64,000 nt of DNA. Origin: Laetmonice hystrix. Taxonomy: Eukaryota. The stretch covers positions 10,974,001 through 11,038,000 of the forward strand of contig OZ249437.1 in assembly GCA_965235115.1 (NCBI GenBank), given 5' to 3'. This document shows, in pieces, positions 13,801 through 23,164 of the stretch. The notes beneath the pieces are model-generated. The model did not search any database. It worked only from the letters and a program-made list of their open reading frames with translations, and was not told the DNA's origin. A program made the translations under genes and the position numbers. Position 1 is the first letter of the stretch. Each line of letters begins with the position of its first letter.

Positions 13801-16800
13801 TTCAAAACAGAATACAAGACCAAAATGTCTTCATATTTCACTCAAACTAGTATTACAGTTATGAAATATTACGAAATTTTACCGGCATTCCTAAAACAGA
13901 CTAAAAGGGGTAAATAATAATGTGAGCTGCCAAGAATCCTAAAAGAAAATTCATTTAACCATTCATTTGAACGGTAAAACCAGGAAGTCGTGTTCAACAA
14001 ATTGGAAAAGAATGAATGACTTGTGACCGTCCAATAATTGATAAAAATTTGCCCATGGGAGGTTCATGTATTTGAAGGCTGATTGGAGATGACAATATTA
14101 GCGTCAAAGAAGATGGATGCGCAAACGAATGCTGGCGAATCTTCCAAATTTTAATCACGTCATAATTTGTGCAATTTGACTTCCACAAAGAGTCAACAAC
14201 AAAGCTGTTGTAAATGTCACTACGGATTATTCATGGAAAAATCGTAGCCAAAGTTTGGCAGCGAATTATCTGAGATTAAGCCGTAATTATTGGCGCCGGA
14301 GGTGTGAGTTTCAGGTGATGAAGATGGATTGGCGTCTGCCGCCCGTTGCCGATAGGTGGCGCTTCTAGTGTGTCACGGCCTGGCCCCACGACCACTCTCC
14401 CATCCCTCCATCCAATCCCATGACAGCACCGATAACTTAAGCTTAACCAGCTCAAATTTTAGTTCTCCCTCTTCCGATTTTTAAATCTTAAAAACCGTGG
14501 CTTTGAGATATCTGGCCACAGATGTTAGATATACGCGCTACCAACAGATGGGGTAATTTTACTGGACAATGGAGCCGGAGAATTAGGAAGATAGAAGTCA
14601 AGGTTCAAATGAATCACTGGGCGAAGGATCCGACCACTGAACGCAATTTAGTAGACAATGGAGACAATTATCTGCAAGGCCATTATATATCTTTTTATAT
14701 AGAATTTGTATTTGACATTCTTTTCTTTGTGAGTCGATGACAACTGTAAATAGCAAGCCATGTGTGGACTGCATGGTGCACAGGCCATCAATCATGTCAC
14801 TTCCACAGTCGTACAGATCACACAACCGGCCAAGCTTAGTAGGAGGTTTAACCGCCAACGACCCCATGCTTTACTGGTCTAATTTTGACATAAAGATACA
14901 ATGGCCGACTATTTCTGTCAAAGTTGATGGAATAATTAGTCGAAAGTATACCAGTAAAGTTTCACCACATAACAAGCCTGCCTCAGTGCATGCCAAGTCG
15001 CTAACCACGTTTTATTTCCGTTGTGTCTCTCAGGCCCGGCGAGGGTGCACGCAAGATAACATGATATGTGTGGGTCGTTGTTGTTGCCATCCATCACTTG
15101 CCCCATTGCGGTAGATACTGTATCAGTTTTGTAAAATGCTCCATTGTAAGCTAAACCCTGAATGGGACGTTGGGCGGCCACGACAGCTCCGTACCTATAC
15201 GTGGTGGGGTTATCGTTGTATCTTGTAACGTCGGACGACAACTCTATTCTAGGGTCTTTTGTCTGCGCTCCAAACCAAAACCGTCTGCCGGCACCCCGCT
15301 CATACTTCTCGTTACCGATACAATCTAACTTCCCTCCTTATTTATGTCCCCCTACTGATAAGGCAGAGACTTTTATTGCCGTTTTAAGACAACTACACCA
15401 ACCCATGATCACTCCTACGAGTGCCATTTTTCTAAAGGTTGATCACGACGTGACAACAATTCATGAGGATGAATTATAATCTAATATACGGTTGGTTGAT
15501 ATTCAACAGATTCTCAGCCTAGTCTCCGTTACTTCAGACCCGACAGGAAATTGAAACTGTCTTTTTTCCATTTTCCCCATGTTTTCCTTTTACTTAAATC
15601 TATAAGTACATGTATATATGAAAGTGTTCAATACATCCAGGGCCCGGTTCCGTATATGGTAGGCCCGAAGTCGCTGTCCTCACCTGTGCACAAGGTGATC
15701 TATATATGCAAAATAAAATTTGTAGAAACAAATGTATGGAGCGTACCGCTCTATAGTGGGGCAGACCAGTTATAGAGATATACCAAAAAGTCAAAGGGTT
15801 CACTATATCCCCAACTTGAAAATAGCTTCTACTGCGAGTATCGACCAAGTGTTTAAAATGTTGGAAGAAACTGTCCATTTCCATGGAGAAATCCATGGCA
15901 GCAGCTGCTGCGATGGGATAATTGGAGCGACAACGTTACAAGAAACAAATAAAACATGGAATCTGTCCTTTATATATATAAAAACAAATATCAACTTGAA
16001 ATCGCTATTTTTTAAATAGCAGGATCACAGTAAATATCTGCCAGCAGTGTTAATCATTCCAAAAAGCTCTATTTGTCCAACAAAAACATAGAACTTTACA
16101 GTGAAGCGCCTGCATGCATTATAGCTGAACACTAGATCTCCGAAACGTACCAACCCAGACACTTTGAGAGATACAGAGCAACTGTCAGAGACAGGCCGGG
16201 GACTGATTCCAATCACCAGGCCGAGGGATGGCCCAAACCACCATACGACAAACAACTAATTGTCAATGGCTATGTGCACATCTTCATCAGCTGCAACATT
16301 ACTGTCCCATAATATGACGAATTAATTTGCAATTGCAGCTTGAATTTCATTTAAGCTAACACAATGGTGGAAGTTGCCGGGAGACAAGTTCTGCGAGCAT
16401 GCGCCATTAGTCTGTCCCCACAAACTGTTCCTGTTTCCCGCCCACCGGGCATGCTGGGTGTCACAACAACGAAAATCCATAAAAAAACAAATTACAGTAA
16501 TATTATACACGGGGTGAAACGGTTTGGCAGGCTGGTTGTGGCTTTGCCAAGGGGCAACCCACCGAGCAACGAGGTGGTCCCAACCCCCTGTTTTTTTTCT
16601 ATCCTGGCTGGTTTGGGAGATCATGTGATTCGTCCACTGGTAATTAGACTTCCAGCCGGTCTCTGATTACTCGTTATTGTAAATTAGCGATGACAACTTA
16701 ATGTTGCCCGAGTGAAATGGCGGTGTTTCTAGGAACGAAAATCTTTTCTCGGGAGGTACTAAAGCAGCATGTTAAGGGCAAGGAGATAACTTTTTAAAAA

Positions 16801-17500
16801 TTATAGACAAGACAGGTCGAGGTATGAAGTAGGCTGCCGTTAATCAGACTGCAGCCAGGGACAGATCTATAGCTATGCACTAAAAGTTTGAAGTCCCTAC
16901 TTAGATCATGTTTTCAATATGAAAGACAGGTGTAATACAGGGCCCTCGTCCTTATAGGCAGTTGGGCTCCTGTTCGACCAGGTGAGTAAATTGAGTAAAG
17001 TAGGAGTTACTTGCACCAGGTGAGTAAATTAGTTGCATGGGTAAAGCAGGGTTTCTTGTCAACTATAGGTGGGCACATCATGGCTGCTGCAGAAGACGTA
17101 GTCCCGAACACCAACAAATGTAGACAATAGTTCAACATGACCCCTATATAAACATTCCAAGTCCATATAGCCATCCTCCCTGTGTGGTCGCGCCCGCCTC
17201 TATTAGATATATTTCATCCTCAGAAATGACAATAACTTCAGAGACTCCAACACATCCTTACTATTCAGTGTCGTCGACGGCCCAACACGTTTACAAGCTG
17301 TCGTCAAGGGACAGCCACAACTCAAGCATTCCACACTTGTCAACTTGGGTGAGCACCCTATTATGTTGACTTGGTCTCCCAAAGTTGCAGCAGGTTCTAT
17401 GCTTCGGTCGGCGCCCTTCCGACGCAAGAATGTCTCGCACAATGCCTTCTTCACTGCGAATTTGACCGGGAATCTTCCTAAATACCATTCAACAATAAAA
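1895..17500 (-). pseudogene. Possible heavily decayed extracellular multidomain gene (EGF-, F5/8C-, MAM- and TIG-like scraps)
   Basis: Scattered minus-strand, stop-interrupted fragments: CHNGRG*...WTGRNCD (1895-1965), TCDAALGLS...GP*FRLKF...KWATS (8056-8303), RIPRQITAAS (~8440-8470), VHIAIDN (~16260) and SIEP...GDQVNIIG (~17360-17410). By-eye motif resemblance only. Confidence 0.2.
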
Positions 17501-18581
17501 GCTTTAATCCGCGTCACTCCAAAACCTGAACTGTACACAAAATGGTTGTTTAATCTGGTCGAGTGCTGATGCACTGAACGCTGAATAAAATGGCTACCAT
17601 TCTTGTCGGAAGAGCTTCAGCTCGGCCTAACGAGACTCCACTTGTGGCGTCCTATTCAGGGGGTGCAAGAAAAACAGTGCACAGAGGGAGAGAGCCGATC
17701 CGCACACCTTTCTAAATGCCGCAGATTTTACAATTTTCCAGCCGAACGACCAGGTCGGCAGTTGGCTCTAAGTTCCTCAGACTTACCGTCTGCTTCTCAG
17801 CAAACACCAACAAAATTAACACCAAACGAAGACGGCCACCTGAAGAACTCTCACTGCTGTAACCTTGAAGCTCCTGTGCACTGCTCTGATCTAATTATGA
17901 AGCAATTACCTTATTCACACCATTATTTATCGTTGGCTTGACCTGCATAATAAGGTTTTGTTCCTGTTTTTATTTTGGCAGTTCCAGAAGCATCACAAAA
18001 GAAGCGGTCGAACTGCGGACTGTAAAAGTTGGGCGCTTATAATCCTAATAAGATATAAAGGAAAGGTAATTACACCCAGTCAATTGTGCGCTTTGGTCGA
18101 GTTCCCAGCCACCTGTAATGTATTTCCTTTCAGCTTACATCCGCTGCAGCTAGCTTGTTAAATATAACAAACAGGACACGGAAAACCGACAAAATCAAAC
18201 AGAAAAAACTCTTTATCCTTCACTCTACTTCAAAATTTATACCTTTACTGGCCCGTATATTTTAAATTCTTCGTTGGTAAATAAAAGGCTGCATCTGGAA
18301 TATATAAAAGGCCCCAAAACCTGCTGGGTTCAAAGTTACAGCAATGATTATATTTTCACAAACTCAGTGCCTTTACACAGTTCACATTCATCTCTTTTAT
18401 GAAACGTAAACCGACTGTAGACCGTGAGCAACCAAAAAGGAAATGAAGAAAAATCAGGCAATTCTACCCAGATGTTTCTACCCCCAATTTATTAACAAGT
18501 GACCCCAGAAATGGACTAAATACTGTGCCTTAATTCAACCCACTGTATAATTAGGCTCATTTTGACAGGTTAGCACCTAAA

Positions 18582-18737
18582 ATTGTCCGTAATGTATTTC
18601 ATTGCGCATAATGAATGGTCTGAGACTTGAATATCCGCAATCTATACGTCACTTCCGGCCCCAACTTTCCTTCACCTTCCCCGACTCTCACTCGGTCACT
18701 TTCCTCTCCGCCACACTCCGACACACACGTCTTTTAC
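18582..18737 (+). repeat. Split direct repeat A1 (156 bp)
   Basis: Identical by eye to A2 at 22730-22885. Confidence 0.95.
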
Positions 18738-18743
18738 ACTGCA

Positions 18744-19982
18744 ATGGGGCGCACAAAGAAAACGATAACACGGCGACACACACCACTCGAAGAAACCGAC
18801 GAGGAAAGCCAGCCGCAGACCCCTCGGGCTCAGCGTCGAACAACCGTCGCAAGTAATGCCGACGCAATTGGACAAGTCAGCCACAGAGTTAACAATATTG
18901 AAAGTAAGCTAACAAACATTACAGAACTTCTCACTCGACTAAGCGGCCAACTACCACCGCCTGACCACACCACTCCAGAAGCTCGTCATACTACCACACC
19001 ACCCCGACTGGAACCCGCCGACGCCTCGTCTGAACTTGGAGGAACAGCACAAGGCCAACGGGTCACCAACTCCCGCCAGCCCGACATACCAAGCACCCCG
19101 CCGGCTGACAACCGACACTGCGAAACAGCCGACAGGACCGCCCACGCCCCTCAGGCACTTTCACTACCGGAAAGGTTCACCGGCCTGGGGGCAGACGATA
19201 GGACGCTGGCTGCCCGTCATTCCTCGCCACCCAAGTCCCACCCCAGCAGACCCACAACGCACCACGAGCGCGCGGGGAACCCGCCAACCACCGTAGCACA
19301 GCTCGAGGCGGACCCAATATTAGCACGTCGCGTGGCTGACGCTCTCCACGCCGTAGTGTCCCCATTCACTACAGCTGGAAAAGGTAAGCAGTCTGGAGCA
19401 TTTCCACACCAGTTTGTGACGCGGGGACCAAAGCATGTCAAACTCGAACTTGCAGAGTGCACTATCGCCGAATATGTATGGGGTTTCACTCAAATGACGA
19501 GGCTTGTCCAGGACAATGAAACTGTAAATCTTATGAACAGACATATTGAGCAAGTTGTTAATGACGCCAGGACATATGACTGGCTATCAGTCAGGGCCTG
19601 GTCGGAAGAGGTGTGCGCGCAGATTTTCGACAAGAAGCTCTCATGGTCCAACGCATATGAAATTGACCGCCTTCAGACTCGCCTATCACACATGGGGACA
19701 CAAAACTCCACACCGCAACAGAACGATAACAATACGACCGTTAGCGTCGACATACCAGACTTTCTCAAATCTGCTAAGCCTGCACCACCTTGTCGTGCGT
19801 ATCAGCGAGGAACATGCATCCAACACTCACACCACGTTGCGAATGGATACCGTCAACTCCACGTATGCGAATTCTGCCTCTTGAAAAAGTGTTTGTTCCT
19901 TCCTCACTCTCTTAAGGTATGCCGTTCAAAAACATTCGATAGGCAGGACAACCAACCATCCTCATTGGGGTTTCCGAATTGA
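18744..19982 (+). CDS. Ngaro ORF1 (Gag-like) with C-terminal Cys/His zinc-finger region
   Basis: 412-aa ORF from the first ATG after repeat A1. Ends in CRAYQRGTC...H..CEFC...H....C, typical of DIRS/Ngaro Gag. Confidence 0.85.
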   Translation: MGRTKKTITRRHTPLEETDEESQPQTPRAQRRTTVASNADAIGQVSHRVNNIESKLTNITELLTRLSGQLPPPDHTTPEARHTTTPPRLEPADASSELGGTAQGQRVTNSRQPDIPSTPPADNRHCETADRTAHAPQALSLPERFTGLGADDRTLAARHSSPPKSHPSRPTTHHERAGNPPTTVAQLEADPILARRVADALHAVVSPFTTAGKGKQSGAFPHQFVTRGPKHVKLELAECTIAEYVWGFTQMTRLVQDNETVNLMNRHIEQVVNDARTYDWLSVRAWSEEVCAQIFDKKLSWSNAYEIDRLQTRLSHMGTQNSTPQQNDNNTTVSVDIPDFLKSAKPAPPCRAYQRGTCIQHSHHVANGYRQLHVCEFCLLKKCLFLPHSLKVCRSKTFDRQDNQPSSLGFPN

Positions 19983-22156
19983 CTGGGGAGTCCGATACTC
20001 GCCCAGGAAACCATTGTCGCTCCACCACTCCGACCGTCTCCGAGACTCTGCCCCGCACTGTAATTTCTCCGTACCACTCTATAGCAACCCTGAATACTTG
20101 TACACTGAACGAACCTCTCACCGAACCTCTGAAGACGGGGCTCTGTATCCCTCAAGGGCCCCACACTGTAATTTCTCCGTACCATTCCACAGCAACCCTG
20201 AATACTGGCACACTGAACGAACCTTTTACCGAACCTCGGAAGACGGGGCTCTGTATCCCTCAGGGATCCCACACCGCAGCCGCCACCACACTGGGCACAG
20301 TTCACCTTACACCCCGATCTACTAAAACTAAACCGCACATCGACTCCGAAATCGTTCCTAATGTACCTTACCGATTAGACTTGAATTCCCGACATTCAAA
20401 TTTTATTTCTCCACAACAGTATAGCCACTATATACATGTCATGTGGCCACGTCCCACTGAACAGGCTCTCACCGCCGCCCCCTATCATCTCCAGCTATAC
20501 CGGGACGTTCAAAAATCTGGCCTTCCTAATTATTTAGCTATTAGACGTATCGTCCCATCGGATCTTAAATTTCACAACTGGGAGAAGAACCTCACAGGCT
20601 ATATCGACTGTGAAATTATTGACTTCTTAAAGTATGGATGGCCTTCATCATATACGGGTATAACTCCTCCTACCTCATCTGCCTCTAACCACCCCAGCGC
20701 CCTCAGACATCCGTACGCCGTCGATAATTTCATCGCTAAAGAGCTAGGAAAACAAGCCCTTCTGGGACCCTTTTCATCTAACCCGTTCGACTCTTGGTTC
20801 CAGACCTCGCCCCTTATGACACGGGATAAGAAGTCTTCCATTCTAAACCATGCCTCACTAGAAAAACGCGTCATCACTGATCTCTCTTACCCTCCCGGCA
20901 ACAGCGTTAATGACGGTATCTCCAGGAACAATTTTCAAGGAACTTACAGAGCCTACACCCTTCCGACACCACTCGACCTAGCTGACATTATTCTTCAACA
21001 CGGGGTTGGCTGTTTTCTCTTTAAATCTGACCTCGAGCGCGCTTACCGTCAGCTTCGTATCGACCCACTGGACTACCCTCTTATGGGCATTCGCCATAAT
21101 GGCCGTGTGTATATTGACATCTGTCCGTCATTTGGCTGTCGATCGTCCGGCGCGGCACAGCAGCGGGTCAGTAATGCCATCTCCTTTGTCATGAAACAAC
21201 GTGGACATTTTATTCTGGCTTATGTCGACGACTTTGCAGGAGTTGCCTCTACGCACTCACAAGCACAGTTTGCTTTGGAAACTTTCGAGGCGGTATGTGA
21301 TGACTTGGGACTCAAACTGGCGCAAGGTAAAACCAGTCCCCCCGCAACCAGCATGGAATGGCTCGGCTTCACCTTCAATACCGTCGAGATGACCATAACA
21401 ATCCCTGACCACAAACTCGCCGAACTAATACATGAGGCACGAGCATGGAAAAATAAGAAATACGCCACCAGGAATGAATATCAGTCCATCGCCGGAAAAC
21501 TTAATCATCTTAGCCAAGTCATCGCCCCCGCCCGGAAGTTCATGGCGAGAATTCTTGCCGCACTGCGTCAGGCATCTCCCGATACTCCTTCTCTTGTCCC
21601 TACAGAGGTCCAGAAGGACATTCAATGGTTTATTGACTTCGCCGTTACATGCAATCGGAAGCGATTAATACTTGACGACCTTCCGGAATTCCCTATTGAG
21701 TGTGATGCCTGCCCATCCGGGGCGGGAGCCTATTCGACTTCACGGTTCTACACGTTTAAATTTCCTAGTCATTATACCTCACACTACCATATTTCACAAC
21801 TCGAAGCTATAAACGTTGTAATGGCAGTTAAAACTCTCGTTCCTCAACGCCTGGTAGCTCACACGGTCAGGGTAAAAACGGACAATATGGCCGCAATGTA
21901 TGCGCTGAACACAGGAAAAACAAAGGACCCCGTACTCGCCGCATGCGCACGTGAGCTATGGATGGTCGCAGCCACGAATCAGCTTGAAATAATGCTATAT
22001 CACCAGCCGGGGGTCGACTTAGTTCTGGCGGACGCACTAAGTCGCTACCATTTAAGCAAAGCATATGCCGACACTGCGGAGGCCCTCGTGTCACAGTACG
22101 GTCTTTCTCGCCTTATACCTGTGGAGCTAGACTGTATTTTCACATCCGAATTATGA
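19979..22156 (+). CDS. Ngaro ORF2: reverse transcriptase plus RNase H
   Basis: 725 open codons (frame open from 19943), in the -1 frame relative to ORF1. RT motifs KSDLERAYRQL, PSFGCRSSG and YVDDF. RNase H motifs ECDACPSGAG, QLEAINV, KTDNMAA and LADALSR. Confidence 0.95.
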   Translation: MTGESDTRPGNHCRSTTPTVSETLPRTVISPYHSIATLNTCTLNEPLTEPLKTGLCIPQGPHTVISPYHSTATLNTGTLNEPFTEPRKTGLCIPQGSHTAAATTLGTVHLTPRSTKTKPHIDSEIVPNVPYRLDLNSRHSNFISPQQYSHYIHVMWPRPTEQALTAAPYHLQLYRDVQKSGLPNYLAIRRIVPSDLKFHNWEKNLTGYIDCEIIDFLKYGWPSSYTGITPPTSSASNHPSALRHPYAVDNFIAKELGKQALLGPFSSNPFDSWFQTSPLMTRDKKSSILNHASLEKRVITDLSYPPGNSVNDGISRNNFQGTYRAYTLPTPLDLADIILQHGVGCFLFKSDLERAYRQLRIDPLDYPLMGIRHNGRVYIDICPSFGCRSSGAAQQRVSNAISFVMKQRGHFILAYVDDFAGVASTHSQAQFALETFEAVCDDLGLKLAQGKTSPPATSMEWLGFTFNTVEMTITIPDHKLAELIHEARAWKNKKYATRNEYQSIAGKLNHLSQVIAPARKFMARILAALRQASPDTPSLVPTEVQKDIQWFIDFAVTCNRKRLILDDLPEFPIECDACPSGAGAYSTSRFYTFKFPSHYTSHYHISQLEAINVVMAVKTLVPQRLVAHTVRVKTDNMAAMYALNTGKTKDPVLAACARELWMVAATNQLEIMLYHQPGVDLVLADALSRYHLSKAYADTAEALVSQYGLSRLIPVELDCIFTSEL

Positions 22157-22512
22157 TTATATCCTTACACTCCAACGAACTACCCTTTTCACTCAGACGT
22201 CGGCCTCATACCAGGCTGCACTCGTTTCCGGGACAAGACCAACAGATCACGTCAAGCTAAAATTTATAGCATGTTTATGTACGCTTATGACTTTCCTATC
22301 CATCACCCCCCGACCCTGGCCCCCTTGCTCTATACTCAAATTTTGGCCACTCACTCCGCCGGTCTGGCGCCCAGGCTTGCGCCCGGGTCGGTGTGCCGCA
22401 GGCGAACATAATGCGCCACGGGATGTGGTCATCGGCGGCTATTAATGCCTACGTTCCCAAGAAGCTCTACACTGCAGTCCCCGATGCTTTTACTTCAATG
22501 TTTGGCCATTAA
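22157..22512 (+). pseudogene. Tyrosine recombinase remnant with a frameshift and a large internal deletion
   Basis: N-terminal piece (...SGT / TNRSRQAKIYSMFMYAYDF...LLYTQILA) is fused out of frame at ~22347 to the C-terminal catalytic segment HSLRRSGAQACARVGVPQANIMRHGMWSSAAINAYV (22348-22512). Confidence 0.85.
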
Positions 22513-22732
22513 GAATAAAGAAACTGAAATCTCAAACGATCTTACTAACCATTAAACTCACTCCACTAAATAACCCTCTCTTTAAAAATATATTTCCCAC
22601 GAAAACCCTCATCAATGTTTTATTACCCCTCTTATCATATACCAACATTTCTTTTATTATTTTATCTGTGTCTTATAATGTCGTAATAAAACATTTTTAG
22701 TCCAAACGAATTCGGTCTCAGTCTCATTCATT
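22503..22732 (+). repeat. Split direct repeat B1 (230 bp)
   Basis: Identical by eye to B2 at offset 432. Contains the YR stop codon and AATAAA. Confidence 0.95.
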
Positions 22733-22885
22733 GTCCGTAATGTATTTCATTGCGCATAATGAATGGTCTGAGACTTGAATATCCGCAATCTATACGTCAC
22801 TTCCGGCCCCAACTTTCCTTCACCTTCCCCGACTCTCACTCGGTCACTTTCCTCTCCGCCACACTCCGACACACACGTCTTTTAC
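22730..22885 (+). repeat. Split direct repeat A2 (156 bp)
   Basis: Copy of A1 at offset 4148. Confidence 0.95.
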
Positions 22886-22934
22886 CCTCCCACCCATCCC
22901 ATATTAACTTTTCATTACCCTAAATCCCTCCCAC

Positions 22935-23164
22935 TGGCCATTAAGAATAAAGAAACTGAAATCTCAAACGATCTTACTAACCATTAAACTCACTCCACTA
23001 AATAACCCTCTCTTTAAAAATATATTTCCCACGAAAACCCTCATCAATGTTTTATTACCCCTCTTATCATATACCAACATTTCTTTTATTATTTTATCTG
23101 TGTCTTATAATGTCGTAATAAAACATTTTTAGTCCAAACGAATTCGGTCTCAGTCTCATTCATT
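22935..23164 (+). repeat. Split direct repeat B2 (230 bp)
   Basis: Copy of B1. Ends in ATT at the right boundary of the element. Confidence 0.95.

Larger units (their letters stand above)
18582..23164 (+). mobile_element. Ngaro-like tyrosine-recombinase retrotransposon (DIRS order) with split direct repeats and a defective YR
   Basis: Architecture is A1-gag-RT/RH-YR(psi)-B1-A2-spacer-B2. Both ends and the B1/A2 junction share the trinucleotide ATT. No methyltransferase domain is seen after RNase H. Confidence 0.92.

Noticed and set aside
18627-18743. ORF-track start of ORF1 at 18627, and the ORF at 22775-22987
   Set aside because: Both use a TTG inside repeat A. The first ATG is at 18744, and the second ORF is just repeat A2 plus spacer.
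19965-19976. GGGGTTTC as a -1 frameshift slippery site at the ORF1/ORF2 overlap
   Set aside because: The X XXY YYZ register does not fall in the ORF1 reading frame.
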